Of a DNA stretch of 64,000 nucleotides, positions 42,005 through 52,169 are shown in pieces (positions within the stretch are counted from its first letter, which is position 1; each line of letters starts with the position of its first letter). Below the pieces are notes generated by a model. The model was not told the origin of the DNA, did no database searches, and was given only the letters and a program-made list of their open reading frames with translations. Source of the DNA: Candidatus Prevotella avicola (GTDB lineage: Bacteria; Bacteroidota; Bacteroidia; Bacteroidales; Bacteroidaceae); contig DXBE01000021.1 in the NCBI GenBank assembly GCA_019116685.1, forward strand, positions 15,457 to 79,456. The letters are read 5' to 3'. Made by a program: the position numbers and the translations under genes.

Positions 42005-44125
42005 ATGAAAAAGTTATCGCTAATGATTCTCGCCCTGCTGAGCATGGTCTCGGCCAAGGCGGACGAAGGCATGTGGACGCTTTATAATCTGCCCGAAGCC
42101 ATCTACAAGCAGATGCAGGGCTATGGTTTCCAAATGCCTTACGAGGGACTCTACGCCAGCGACAACGCCCTGAAGGACTGCGTAGTCAATTTCTCGGGCT
42201 TCTGCTCAGGCGTGGTGGTGTCGCCCGACGGACTGGTGTTCACCAACCACCATTGTGGTTTCGAGGCCATCCGCAGCCACTCCACCGTGGAGCACGACTA
42301 TATGCTCAACGGCTTTTACGCGAAAACCTATGAGGAGGAACTGCCCAACGAGAACATGTTCGTCAGTTTCATGGTAGACCAACAGGACATTACCGACCGT
42401 GTCAACCAATTAGGGTATGAGGCTCTCTCTACCGAGGGCAAGGCCCAGCTGATAGATTCCCTGCAGCAGGCCATGACTCAGGAGGTGAAAATAAAGGACA
42501 GCACCCTGCACGTGGCTATTGACGCTTTCTATGAGGGCAACAAATGGTACGCCACCACTTACCAAGACTTCACCGACCTGAGGCTGGTATTCGCCGTGCC
42601 CAAGTCGATGGGTAAGTTTGGAGGAGAGACTGACAACTGGATGTGGCCTCGCCAGACTTGCGATTTCTCGGTGTTCCGTATCTACGCCAATCCCAAGACC
42701 AATGGCCCCGCGGCTTATTCCAAGGACAACGTGCCTTACAAGCCGAAGCGGTGGGCGAAAGTGTCCCTGCAGGGATATAAGGAAGGTGATTTCGCCATGA
42801 CCGTGGGCTATCCTGGCAGCACGGAGCGTTATCTCTCCAGCTATGGCATACAGCAAATGCGTGACGCGGAGAACGCCCCCCGGGCGCAGATAAGAGGCGT
42901 GAAGCAGGCCGTGATGCTGAAGCACATGAGAGCGGACGAGGCCGTGCGCATCAAGTATGACTCCAAGTTCGCCCAGAGTTCCAACTACTGGAAGAACTCC
43001 ATCGGCATGAACAAGTGCATCGACTCCATTGGCATTATCAACCAAAAGAGGGAATACGAGGCTCGCATCCGCGCTTGGCAAGACTCTACCGACCTCTTGG
43101 AACACGAGGTGGACTTCGATTTGTTGGCAAGTCTCTATAGCCGCCATCAAGCCTTGGAGTACGTGTGGACTTGTTGGCTGGAGACCTTCGGCCGCGGCGG
43201 AAACGTGGAGTTCTCCGACCGTGCCCGTCAGGTGTACAGCGGCATGGAGGTGAAAGGCCCAAAAGGAGAAACGGAGAAGCAGTACCATGAGTTCGAGGAC
43301 AATAGCGAGACCTGGGACTTGGCTACCGACAAGGACATCCTTGCGGCTCTGCTCGACAACTATCGCAAGCAAGTGTCGGCTGAGTGGCTGCCCGCTTTCT
43401 ATGCCACTATCGACAGCGCTTACGGAGGTAACTGCGCCAAGTACGTGGATTACCTCTACAGTGAGTCAAAGCTCATGCAGCCAGGGGCTCGCTTCTATTA
43501 TGCCGGCAAGGATTTCATGAAAGACCCAGGCGTAAGCTATGGTTTCGCCATCATGGACATCGTCAACGAACTGATGGAGCGCACTGGCACGCTGGAAGAC
43601 AGCATCGCCTTGCAGGAGAAATACCTCTGCGCCGCCAAGCTCCGCATGGAGGAAGACCTGCCCCACTATTCCGACGCCAATTTCACCATGCGTCTCAGCT
43701 ATGGCCAGGTGGGGGGCTTCGAACTGGGAGGAAAGCCCTCTGGCTACTATACCACCGCCGAGAGCATCATCGAGAAGATGAACCGCGCCAACGAGGTGTA
43801 TGAATATGAGGCCGAGCCTATCATGCACGAGCTCCTTTCCCGCAAGGACTTCGGAAAGTATCAAGACAAGCAGACGGGCAAGTTGCAGCTCTGCTTCCTG
43901 ACCAATAATGACATCACGGGCGGCAACTCTGGCAGCCCCATGTTCAATGGCAAGGGAGAGCTGATAGGACTGGCCTTCGACGGCAACTGGGATAGTCTCT
44001 CCAGCGACATCAATTTCGATAAGCGCCTGGCCCGCTGCATAGGTGTGGACATCCGCTACGTGCTCTACATGATGGACGCATGGGGTCATGCCGACCGATT
44101 GCTTAAGGAGATAAACGCCCAATAA
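42005..44125 (+). CDS. S46-family dipeptidyl-peptidase (DPP7/DPP11 type)
   Basis: 706 aa with a signal peptide. N-terminal ADEGMWTL signature. His in FTNHHCG. Catalytic Ser region NNDITGGNSGSPMFNGKGELIGLAFDGNW. The Gly in FDGNW suggests DPP7-like rather than DPP11-like specificity (low confidence). Confidence 0.9.
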   Translation: MKKLSLMILALLSMVSAKADEGMWTLYNLPEAIYKQMQGYGFQMPYEGLYASDNALKDCVVNFSGFCSGVVVSPDGLVFTNHHCGFEAIRSHSTVEHDYMLNGFYAKTYEEELPNENMFVSFMVDQQDITDRVNQLGYEALSTEGKAQLIDSLQQAMTQEVKIKDSTLHVAIDAFYEGNKWYATTYQDFTDLRLVFAVPKSMGKFGGETDNWMWPRQTCDFSVFRIYANPKTNGPAAYSKDNVPYKPKRWAKVSLQGYKEGDFAMTVGYPGSTERYLSSYGIQQMRDAENAPRAQIRGVKQAVMLKHMRADEAVRIKYDSKFAQSSNYWKNSIGMNKCIDSIGIINQKREYEARIRAWQDSTDLLEHEVDFDLLASLYSRHQALEYVWTCWLETFGRGGNVEFSDRARQVYSGMEVKGPKGETEKQYHEFEDNSETWDLATDKDILAALLDNYRKQVSAEWLPAFYATIDSAYGGNCAKYVDYLYSESKLMQPGARFYYAGKDFMKDPGVSYGFAIMDIVNELMERTGTLEDSIALQEKYLCAAKLRMEEDLPHYSDANFTMRLSYGQVGGFELGGKPSGYYTTAESIIEKMNRANEVYEYEAEPIMHELLSRKDFGKYQDKQTGKLQLCFLTNNDITGGNSGSPMFNGKGELIGLAFDGNWDSLSSDINFDKRLARCIGVDIRYVLYMMDAWGHADRLLKEINAQ

Positions 44126-44155
44126 GCCGCGTTTCCCTACGCGCCTTATAACGGT

Positions 44156-44217
44156 GTGAGTTCGACGAAAAGTCGCCAAGACGGTTCTTGCGTCTTGGCG
44201 ATTTTTCGTCGAACTCA
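44156..44217. repeat. Mini hairpin element sharing the MITE terminal repeats; probable terminator of the S46 gene
   Basis: GTGAGTTCGACGAAAAGTCGCCAAGACGGTTCTTGCGTCTTGGCGATTTTTCGTCGAACTCA is an almost perfect ~28-bp-arm hairpin, 30 nt after the stop at 44125. Confidence 0.7.
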
Positions 44218-44250
44218 TTTTAAATATACGTTGTACGCAAGTGCCTTTTG

Positions 44251-44362
44251 AATCTAAGTTGTTTCGCGCAACAAAATAACTTGTTTTGCTCATGAAAATA
44301 ACTTGTTTTGCCGACCAAAATAAGTTGAATTGCCAGGCGAAATAACTTGTTTTCCAAAAGCG
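44251..44362. repeat. Tandem array, exact 22-bp period x 5 (core AAAATAACTTGTTTTGC)
   Basis: Core starts at 44251, 44273, 44295, 44317 and 44339. Reverse-complement relative of the array at 32853-32962. Confidence 0.85.
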
Positions 44363-44582
44363 GGAATCTGCGCCCTCGGCGGACACCCTCTGTCTGGTTT
44401 CCGAGGGCTTGGCTTATGCATACGCCCCTGCCATGCTAGGGCAAAAAAGCAGTAGTACTGATATTTGATTTCAGTAGTACTGGCTTTTGGATAGACTTGG
44501 CTTCGCGGCGATTGCCGCCTTACTTGCCGATGGTGTACGCTTCGTTGGCAAGCGGTTATCCCCATGGTTGGGGGCATCGGGC

Positions 44583-45020
44583 TTACTGTCCCGTGGAGGC
44601 GTGAAGCCGCTCCCAAAGGGCCAAAGCCTCATTCTCGTGGGTTTCCATGATTTCCCGCTCGCCTGGTCCTTTGTCATTGATGCCGCAGAGGTGGAGGATG
44701 CCGTGGATAATTACCCTTCTTAGTTCTTCCTCATACCTCTTTCCGAAGCACTCGGCGTTGGAGCGCACGGTATCCAGCGAAATGACGATGTCGCCATGGA
44801 TGGTGTCTCCCTCGTCATAGTCAAAGGTGATGATGTCCGTGTAGTAGTCGTGCCCTAGGTATTCTCGGTTCACTTCCAGTATGCGCTCATCGTTGACGAA
44901 CAGGTATCCCACTTCGCCCACCTTGTGTCCGTGGGCGGCTGCCACGGCCTTTATCCATGCGGTGGTCTCCCGTCGCTTGATTTTGGGCATCTTGATGCCC
45001 TCGGCATTGTATGTTATCAT
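44583..45020 (-). CDS. ybeY: rRNA maturation RNase YbeY
   Basis: 145 aa. Zinc motif HGILHLCGINDKGPGE (H-x-x-x-H-x-x-x-x-x-D type). Confidence 0.9.
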   Translation of the reverse strand: MITYNAEGIKMPKIKRRETTAWIKAVAAAHGHKVGEVGYLFVNDERILEVNREYLGHDYYTDIITFDYDEGDTIHGDIVISLDTVRSNAECFGKRYEEELRRVIIHGILHLCGINDKGPGEREIMETHENEALALWERLHASTGQ

Positions 45021-45508
45021 TCTTTCTTGTTTTTGTTCTCTTCACGGGTGGGAAGGAATGGGGTTATATCCTTGCCGAAGTGGCTCAGTTCCCTCACCAC
45101 GCTGCTGCTGATACTAGACAGGGTGGGGTCGGCGTATACCAGGAGAGTGTCTACATCGCCCAGTTGGCGGTTGATGTCAGCCTGCTCCCGCTCGTATTCG
45201 AAGTCTTTCACCGACCTCACTCCCTTGACGATGAAGTGCGCCCCCTCCCTATGCGCCAAGTCAATGGTAAGGTCTTGGTAGGCCACCACTTTTATTCTCG
45301 GCTCGTCCGCGTAAAGTTGTCTGATGGTTTCCACTCTGTTGGCGGCGGAGTAAAGGCTCCGCTTGCGTTCATTGACCCCTACGGCTATCACCAAACGGTC
45401 GAACAGGGGCAATACGCGGCTTACCACGTCGGCGTGGCCGATGGTGAATGGGTCAAACGACCCAGGGAAAAGGGCGATGCGTTCCATTGGCGTAAGGGGA
45501 TTAGTCAA
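45017..45508 (-). CDS. coaD: Pantetheine-phosphate adenylyltransferase
   Basis: 163 aa. [18 protein letters not shown] nucleotidyltransferase motif. 4-nt overlap with ybeY. Confidence 0.9.
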   Translation of the reverse strand: MTNPLTPMERIALFPGSFDPFTIGHADVVSRVLPLFDRLVIAVGVNERKRSLYSAANRVETIRQLYADEPRIKVVAYQDLTIDLAHREGAHFIVKGVRSVKDFEYEREQADINRQLGDVDTLLVYADPTLSSISSSVVRELSHFGKDITPFLPTREENKNKKE

Positions 45509-46535
45509 ACAAGTCTGGCTGCATGGTGTTACCCAAGTAGGGGTTGCGCCCTAGATGCTCATAGGCCAAAGGCGTGGCCATGCGCCCTCGGGGCGTGCGC
45601 TTGATGAAGCCTTCCATGATGAGGAAAGGCTCATACACTTCCTCCACCGTGCCCGCGTCTTCTCCGATGGCCGTGGCGATGGTGCTTACGCCCACTGGGC
45701 CGCCATGAAACTTGTCTATGATGGTAGTGAGTATCTTGTTGTCGGTCTCGTCCAGTCCGTACTGGTCTATGTTCAGGGCTTGCAACGCCACCTTGGCAAT
45801 GGCTTGCGTGATGGTGCCGTTGCCTTTCACTTGGGCGAAGTCTCTCACGCGGCGTAGCAAAGAGTTGGCTATGCGGGGCGTTCCTCTGCTGCGCCGGCTG
45901 ATTTCTGCCGCCGCTTCACGCTCTATGGGCACTTGCAACAGGTGGGCACTGCGCTCTATGATGCGGCGCAGGGTTTCTGGGTCGTAGTACTCCAAATGCA
46001 GGTTGATGCCGAAACGCGCCCTAAGCGGTGCGGTAAGCAATCCGCTGCGGGTGGTAGCCCCCACGAGCGTAAAGGGGTTGAGGTCTATTTGTATGCTGCG
46101 GGCCGAGGGGCCTTTGTCTATCATGATATCTATGCGATAGTCTTCCATGGCGGAATAGAGATATTCCTCCACCACGGGCGAGAGGCGGTGTATCTCGTCT
46201 ATGAAGAGCACGTCGTTGGGCTCTAGTGAGGTGAGTATACCCGCCAAGTCACCTGGCTTGTCGAGCACGGGACCTGACGTGATTTTGAAACCCACGCCCA
46301 ATTCATTGGCGATGATATTGCTCAAGGTGGTCTTCCCCAATCCAGGAGGCCCATGCAGCAGGGTATGGTCGAGTGGCTCTCCCCTGTATTTGGCCGCTTC
46401 CACGAACACCTCCAGGTTCTCCACCACTTTCCTCTGGCCGCTGAAGTCAGAGAAGCGCAGAGGACGAAGGGCGTTCTCGAAGTCCTTGTCAGCGGGGCTG
46501 ACCCTTTCTTGCCTGATGTTGAAATCTGCTGCCAT
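45501..46535 (-). CDS. ruvB: Holliday junction branch migration helicase RuvB
   Basis: The ORF opens at 46631. The likely start is 46535 (MAADFNIRQ..., 344 aa). Walker [14 protein letters not shown], Walker [11 protein letters not shown], and the RuvB C-terminal domain. Confidence 0.9.
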   Translation of the reverse strand: MAADFNIRQERVSPADKDFENALRPLRFSDFSGQRKVVENLEVFVEAAKYRGEPLDHTLLHGPPGLGKTTLSNIIANELGVGFKITSGPVLDKPGDLAGILTSLEPNDVLFIDEIHRLSPVVEEYLYSAMEDYRIDIMIDKGPSARSIQIDLNPFTLVGATTRSGLLTAPLRARFGINLHLEYYDPETLRRIIERSAHLLQVPIEREAAAEISRRSRGTPRIANSLLRRVRDFAQVKGNGTITQAIAKVALQALNIDQYGLDETDNKILTTIIDKFHGGPVGVSTIATAIGEDAGTVEEVYEPFLIMEGFIKRTPRGRMATPLAYEHLGRNPYLGNTMQPDLFD

Positions 46536-46663
46536 CCTTGCTTGTTCCAGTTCTTTTGCGGGTGCAAAGATAGTGGAAATAGGGGACAATACAAAACAAA
46601 TGGCCGTTTTTCGCTTCCTCTGCCTTGCCATGTCGGGGAAACTTCGTAAATTCGCGGCACGAT

Positions 46664-47644
46664 ATGAGGATAGGAAATATTGATTTGGGCGAAAGGCCCT
46701 TGTTCTTGGCTCCTATGGAGGACGTGACCGACATAGGCTTCCGCCACCTGTGCAAGCGATATGGCACCGCCATGGTATACACGGAGTTCGTCTCCGCGGA
46801 GGCCTTGGTGCGCTCCGTTAAGTCTACCGTTAGCAAGCTCACCATCAGTGACGAGGAACGGCCCGTGGGCATACAGATTTACGGGCGCACCGTGGAGGAC
46901 ATGGTGGAGGCGGCGCGAATCGTGGAGCAAGCCAAGCCTGACGTGATAGACCTCAACTTCGGTTGTCCCGTGAAGAAAGTGGCGGGAAAAGGCGCGGGGG
47001 CAGGCATGTTGCGCGACATCCCCCTGTTGCTCAATATCACCAAGGAAGTGGTGAAGGCCGTCAGCGTCCCCGTGACCGTGAAAACCCGCTTGGGATGGGA
47101 CAGCGAGCACCTTGTTATTACCGACCTGGCTGAGCGGTTGCAAGACTGCGGCATACAGGCGCTCACGATTCACGGACGTACGCGTTCGCAGATGTATACA
47201 GGACAGGCCGATTGGTCATTGATAGGAGAGGTGAAAAACAATCCTCGCGTCCATATTCCCATTATCGGCAATGGCGACATCACTACGCCCGAGGAGGCCA
47301 AACGGGCCTTTGAGGACTATGGCGTAGATGCCGTGATGATAGGGCGCGCCACGTTTGGGCGGCCTTGGGTGTTCCAGGAAGTGAGGGATTATCTGGACGG
47401 CAACCCCGACGCTCATCCCATGTCCGCTGCCCAAAAGATTGCAATACTTGAAGAGCAATTACGTATCAACGTGGAGCGCATAGACGAATATCGGGGCATA
47501 CTGCACACCCGGAGGCATTTGGCAGCAAGCCCCGTATTCAAGGGAATACCAAACTTCAGGCAGACCCGCATCGCCATGCTGCGCGCCACAACCATGGCGG
47601 AACTCACCGCCATACTGGATGATTGTAAGCGGCTGCTGGCTTAG
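46664..47644 (+). CDS. dusB: tRNA-dihydrouridine synthase (DusB type)
   Basis: The ORF opens at 46625. The likely start is 46664 ([23 protein letters not shown]). [11 protein letters not shown] and ALTIHGRTR motifs. Confidence 0.85.
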   Translation: MRIGNIDLGERPLFLAPMEDVTDIGFRHLCKRYGTAMVYTEFVSAEALVRSVKSTVSKLTISDEERPVGIQIYGRTVEDMVEAARIVEQAKPDVIDLNFGCPVKKVAGKGAGAGMLRDIPLLLNITKEVVKAVSVPVTVKTRLGWDSEHLVITDLAERLQDCGIQALTIHGRTRSQMYTGQADWSLIGEVKNNPRVHIPIIGNGDITTPEEAKRAFEDYGVDAVMIGRATFGRPWVFQEVRDYLDGNPDAHPMSAAQKIAILEEQLRINVERIDEYRGILHTRRHLAASPVFKGIPNFRQTRIAMLRATTMAELTAILDDCKRLLA

Positions 47645-48177
47645 AAATCTTCAGCCATGTCATGGAGTAGCGTCTCCATCTCGCCCACTTCCACGGAACC
47701 TTTCACTATTTTTCCCGATGGATCTATCAGGTAGAAAGTGGGAATCCATCGCACGTTGTAAGCCTGTGCGATAGATGAGCCTTTCATGCCGAGCGGCTCC
47801 CATTGATGGGGCCAATCCATGCCATGTTCTGTGGCGTATGTTTGCAGTTCCTCTTGTGTGTGATCAAATGAAACTCCCAAAAACACCAAGTTGTCTGACG
47901 CATAGGTGTCAAAAAGATATGTCACCCTGTTTGTTACGCTTTGGCAATCGGGACACCATGAAGCCCAGAACTCCAGGAAAACATATTTTCCCCGCAGGGA
48001 ACTTAGTGTATAGGCTTCGCCTTCTCCTGCGGTGCTGATGGTGAAGTCGGGCGCTTCCGTGCCCTTTTCCATCATAGGGGGAGCCTGGTAGTCTTCATCT
48101 CCTCCCGATATGCAAGACGTGAGCGACAGCAGTGTCGCCCACGCCATGAGGAGTATTTTTATGGTTCTCTTATACAT
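47641..48177 (-). CDS. TlpA-like thiol-disulfide oxidoreductase lipoprotein (thioredoxin fold)
   Basis: The likely start is 48177 (MYKRTIKILLMAWATLLSLTSC lipoprotein signal). CxxC motif in FWASWCPDC. Confidence 0.8.
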   Translation of the reverse strand: MYKRTIKILLMAWATLLSLTSCISGGDEDYQAPPMMEKGTEAPDFTISTAGEGEAYTLSSLRGKYVFLEFWASWCPDCQSVTNRVTYLFDTYASDNLVFLGVSFDHTQEELQTYATEHGMDWPHQWEPLGMKGSSIAQAYNVRWIPTFYLIDPSGKIVKGSVEVGEMETLLHDMAEDF

Positions 48178-48203
48178 ATTATATATAGAGAGAAGAGAAA
48201 AAA

Positions 48204-50069
48204 TTACTTGCGCTTGCGGCGTGCCCAGCCCTCTTCTGAGAAATCTGGCTCTTCGCCTTTCAGTTTCACGTTGTTGCTGCCGTTGATAAGTGAGCGCCAA
48301 TCGGTCATATCCTCTTGTGGAAGGGAGGCTTTCGCACGGCTCTTGCGTTCGCTTCTATTTCCGCGGGCACCACGGCCAGCCTCGCTTCTGCGCTCCTGCT
48401 TGCGGGTGCCACGGCCATGGCCCTCGTCTTCAGCGTCGTTGCAGCGCACGATGCGCCCCTTGTATTTCGTTCCGCTCAGGGCGTTCATCACCTTGCGGCC
48501 ATCTTCCTCGGGCACTTCTATGTAGGAGAACTTCTGCAAGAGGTCTATGTGGCCCACTTCAACGTGCCCCCTTACGTGCTTGTTGATGAACTGCATGATT
48601 TCCCCGGGATAGAAGCCGTCGGCCTTGCCCAGGTTGATGAACAGTCGTTGGAAGCCTGGTTCCGCCTCGCGCTTGCCTCGGCTTCCGCCGCCCTGTGTGC
48701 GCTGTTTGCGCTCTTTGCCGTCCTTCTCTCGCTTGCTGCCAGTCGGTTTCTCTATTTCGGGCGCGTTCTTATAGTAGTCCAGGAAGCGGCCAAAGTAGAT
48801 GGTTACCATCTTCTTGATGATGTCTTCCTTGTCGATATAGGCGAACTGGCGCATGATTTCCTCCATGTAGGGGGCTATCTCCTCCTCGTCCACGTCGGCC
48901 TTCATGATGTTGTCCATGGCCTTGTAGAGTTGTTTCTTGCAGATTTCCTCCGCGGTGGGCAGTGTGCCGTCCACGAATTCCTTGCCTATCTGCTTCTCTA
49001 TCTGGCGCACCTTAAACTTCTCGCGGCTGTGGATAATGCTGATGGAAGTACCTTTCTTGCCAGCTCGTCCCGTGCGGCCGCTACGGTGAGTGTAGCTCTC
49101 TATGTCATCGGGCAAGCCATAATTGATGACATGGGTAAGATCGTCCACGTCCAAGCCACGGGCTGCCACGTCTGTGGCCACCAAGAGCTGTACAGTGTGC
49201 TTGCGGAACTTCTGCATCGTGAGGTCGCGTTGCTGCTGGCTCAAGTCACCATGCAAGGACTCCGCGTTGTAGCCGTCCTTTATCAGCTTGTCGGCTATCT
49301 CTTGCGTCTCCAACTTAGTGCGGCAGAAGATGATGGCATAGATGCGTGGGTGGAAATCCACGACACGCTTAAGAGCCAGGTACTTGTCCTTGGCATGCAC
49401 CATGTAGTAGATATGGTTTACGTGTTCAGCTCCCTCGTTGCGGCTGCCTACCACGATTTCCTTGTAGTCATGCAGGTAGTTCTTGGCGATGCGCTCTATC
49501 TCCTTGCTCATGGTGGCGGAGAAGAGCAATGTGTTATGGTTTTCGGGTAACTTCTCGAAGATGGCGTCTATGGACTCCGTGAAGCCCATGTTGAGCATCT
49601 CGTCCGCTTCGTCAAGCACCACGTTGTTGACATCCTCAAGGTTTGCCACGCCACGGTTCATTAGGTCTATCAAGCGTCCAGGCGTAGCCACTATAATCTG
49701 TACGCCATGTTTCAGGGTTCTGATCTGTCCGCCGATGTCCGCTCCTCCATATACGGGCACTACGTGTAACCCCTTTATGTATTTGGAGAAATCTCTCAGG
49801 TCATCCGCTATTTGCACGCAAAGTTCACGGGTAGGACTGAGTATCAACGCCTGCGTGGCGTTGCTCTCGGGGTTTACCTTCTGGATGATGGGCAGTCCGT
49901 AGGCCGCTGTCTTTCCGGTACCTGTCTGCGCCAACGCTATCACGTCGTTTTTGTTGCCGAGCAAATAGGGAATTACCTCCTCTTGTACGGGCATGGGATG
50001 CTCAAAGCCCAATTCCTCGATGGCATGACGAATCTCTTCGTTCACGCCCAATTCTTCAAATGTCTTCAT
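48204..50069 (-). CDS. DEAD-box ATP-dependent RNA helicase with a C-terminal DbpA-like RNA-binding domain and a basic tail
   Basis: The likely start is 50069 (MKTFEELGV). Q-motif region, AQTGTGKT, VLDEADEM, SAT and HRSGRTGRAG motifs. Arg/Lys-rich C-terminus. Confidence 0.9.
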   Translation of the reverse strand: MKTFEELGVNEEIRHAIEELGFEHPMPVQEEVIPYLLGNKNDVIALAQTGTGKTAAYGLPIIQKVNPESNATQALILSPTRELCVQIADDLRDFSKYIKGLHVVPVYGGADIGGQIRTLKHGVQIIVATPGRLIDLMNRGVANLEDVNNVVLDEADEMLNMGFTESIDAIFEKLPENHNTLLFSATMSKEIERIAKNYLHDYKEIVVGSRNEGAEHVNHIYYMVHAKDKYLALKRVVDFHPRIYAIIFCRTKLETQEIADKLIKDGYNAESLHGDLSQQQRDLTMQKFRKHTVQLLVATDVAARGLDVDDLTHVINYGLPDDIESYTHRSGRTGRAGKKGTSISIIHSREKFKVRQIEKQIGKEFVDGTLPTAEEICKKQLYKAMDNIMKADVDEEEIAPYMEEIMRQFAYIDKEDIIKKMVTIYFGRFLDYYKNAPEIEKPTGSKREKDGKERKQRTQGGGSRGKREAEPGFQRLFINLGKADGFYPGEIMQFINKHVRGHVEVGHIDLLQKFSYIEVPEEDGRKVMNALSGTKYKGRIVRCNDAEDEGHGRGTRKQERRSEAGRGARGNRSERKSRAKASLPQEDMTDWRSLINGSNNVKLKGEEPDFSEEGWARRKRK

Positions 50070-50352
50070 TCTGTTTGGAATTTGTTTTATATAACACATA
50101 ATGACAGAACTGACATGCTATCCTACATCTTCTTACATCAATTATTGGCAATTTGTGTTCCTTGCCATGCGAAACATATAAACGGCTATCGCCATTTCCC
50201 GTCATTATGTAATCATATAGGGCAATGCGCTCTCTGTCGATAATGGCCGCGAAGTTAGTGAAAAAGAATGGGTTTAGCACTTTTTTCGTTGAATATTTGC
50301 GCTTTTGACGTAAAAAAAGTACCTTTGCTGGGTCATAGAATTGGAAAACAGC

Positions 50353-50886
50353 ATGAAGATAGGTATATTTTGTTCGGCTAATAGCCACATAAATCCCGCT
50401 TTTATCACCGCCACGGAAGAGTTGGGGCATTGGATTGGCAAGGCAGGTCATTCGTTGGTGTTTGGTGGTTGCAACTTGGGCTTGATGGAACGCATAGCCC
50501 AAGCCGTGAAAGCGGAAGGTGGCATGACGATAGGCGTGATACCCACTATCGTGGAGGAGCGTGGCGGCGTGAGCCAATACGTGGATGTGGAGATTCCCTG
50601 CGATAATCTTTCCGACCGCAAAGACCTTATTTTGGCGCAAAGTGACGTGTTGGTGGCTTTGCCAGGAGGGGTAGGCACGCTTGACGAGGTGTTTACCGTG
50701 ATGGCTTCTCGCACCATAGGCTATCATTGCAAGCCTGTTTTTCTCTATGACATGGAGCGTTTTTATGCCCCGCTTATCAACTTGCTGGACGCGATGCAAT
50801 CACAAGGCATGATAAGGGGGCATTGGCAAGACCATCTTAAAGTGGTCTCCTCATTGGCAGACCTCCAGCGCGAGTTGGCGGAGTGA
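50353..50886 (+). CDS. LOG-family (TIGR00730) Rossmann-fold nucleotide-binding protein
   Basis: MKIGIFCSA...LVFGGCNLGLMERIA...ALPGGVGTLDEVF. An alternative start at 50341 exists. A TACCTTTG box lies at 50320-50327. Confidence 0.8.
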   Translation: MKIGIFCSANSHINPAFITATEELGHWIGKAGHSLVFGGCNLGLMERIAQAVKAEGGMTIGVIPTIVEERGGVSQYVDVEIPCDNLSDRKDLILAQSDVLVALPGGVGTLDEVFTVMASRTIGYHCKPVFLYDMERFYAPLINLLDAMQSQGMIRGHWQDHLKVVSSLADLQRELAE

Positions 50887-50957
50887 TAACACCAACTCTT
50901 TGCTTGCCGCTGATATGTACACATCGTCGGCAAGCTCGATAACGAACAAGTCTGTGC

Positions 50958-52148
50958 TTATTGCCTTGGCAGCCGCTCAGCCATGGCCTTGCCCAGTGCC
51001 TGGCAAGCCTGGCGGGTTTCAGGCGTAATGCCCTGCTTCATGTCTACAGGAACGCCCACAGGCTCAAAGTGCAGTCGCTTTTCGTTCCACTCCTGTATCT
51101 TTCCCACCGCTTTGCTTGCCCACGAGTGCGAGCCAAACCATCCCAGGAGATGATTGCCCTTGATGTCATAATTGGCTATCTCCGACAGCAGCACTTCCAT
51201 CTCGTGATAAAGCCCTGCGTTGTAAGTGGGCGCGCCCACGATAAGTCCCTGGTAGCGGAATATATCGCGCAGGATATAAGAGTGGTGCGTTTTTGATATA
51301 TTGTAGAGCACGATGTTTTTCACGCCATTCTGGCTTGCTGCCTGGGCGATAATTTCCGCCATGCGCTCCGTGTTGCCATACATCGTTCCATAGCAGATTA
51401 CCAGTCCTGGCTCGGTCTCATACTTGGACATGCGGTCGTACATGGCAATCACCTTGTCTTTATAGTCACGCCAAACAGGTCCATGCGTGCTGCAGATATA
51501 GTCTATTTGCGTGCCTGCCAATTTCTTCAGGGCGTTCTGCACGGGAGTGCCATACTTGCCTACGATGTTGGAATAGTAGCGTACCATTTCCAGCCAAAAG
51601 TTGTCACAGCATATCTCTGAGTCTATCACGCCGCCATTTAAGGCGCCAAAGCAACCGAAAGCGTCACCCGAGAAGAGCGTATGGGTAGTGATGTCCAGTG
51701 TCATCATGGTCTCTGGCCAATGCACCATGGGGGTGAGATGGAACTGCAATTCGTGTTTGCCAAGTGAGAGAGTCTCCCCGTTTTTCACTTCTTGTCCGTC
51801 ATTGTCTATGCCATAGAAACCCTCTATCATGCCAAAGGTCTTCTTGTTTCCCAGTATTTTTATTCCAGGGAAATACTTTTTGATGAGTGCCAGGCTGCCG
51901 CTGTGGTCGGGTTCCATGTGGTTTACCACCAGGTAGTCTATCTCGCGGTCGCCGATTACTTCTTGGATGTTCTCCAGGAATTGGCTGAAGAAGTCCACCT
52001 CCACTGTGTCTATCAGGCAGACCTTCTCGTCTACGATGAGGTAAGAGTTATAGCTCACGCCATCGGGTAAAGGCCAAAGCCCCTCGAATAAGTTCTTGTT
52101 TCTGTCGTTTACGCCTACATAGTAGGTCTCGTTCGTGATGTTGATCAT
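50958..52148 (-). CDS. FprA-family A-type flavoprotein (flavodiiron protein: metallo-beta-lactamase plus flavodoxin domains)
   Basis: 396 aa. N-terminus YYVGVNDRNKNLFEGLWPLPDGVSYNSYLI, di-iron ligand region VVNHMEPDHSG, and a flavodoxin-like C-terminal half (VICYGTMYGNTERMAE). Confidence 0.85.
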   Translation of the reverse strand: MINITNETYYVGVNDRNKNLFEGLWPLPDGVSYNSYLIVDEKVCLIDTVEVDFFSQFLENIQEVIGDREIDYLVVNHMEPDHSGSLALIKKYFPGIKILGNKKTFGMIEGFYGIDNDGQEVKNGETLSLGKHELQFHLTPMVHWPETMMTLDITTHTLFSGDAFGCFGALNGGVIDSEICCDNFWLEMVRYYSNIVGKYGTPVQNALKKLAGTQIDYICSTHGPVWRDYKDKVIAMYDRMSKYETEPGLVICYGTMYGNTERMAEIIAQAASQNGVKNIVLYNISKTHHSYILRDIFRYQGLIVGAPTYNAGLYHEMEVLLSEIANYDIKGNHLLGWFGSHSWASKAVGKIQEWNEKRLHFEPVGVPVDMKQGITPETRQACQALGKAMAERLPRQ

Positions 52149-52169
52149 TTTCTTTTGCTTTTGTTTGTT

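Noticed and set aside
43466-44386. 306-aa minus-strand ORF running from the 22-bp array into the 3-prime part of the S46 peptidase gene
   Set aside because: Its N-terminal part is translated repeat DNA, with a peptide periodicity that mirrors the 22-bp units. The rest is antisense to a strongly supported gene.
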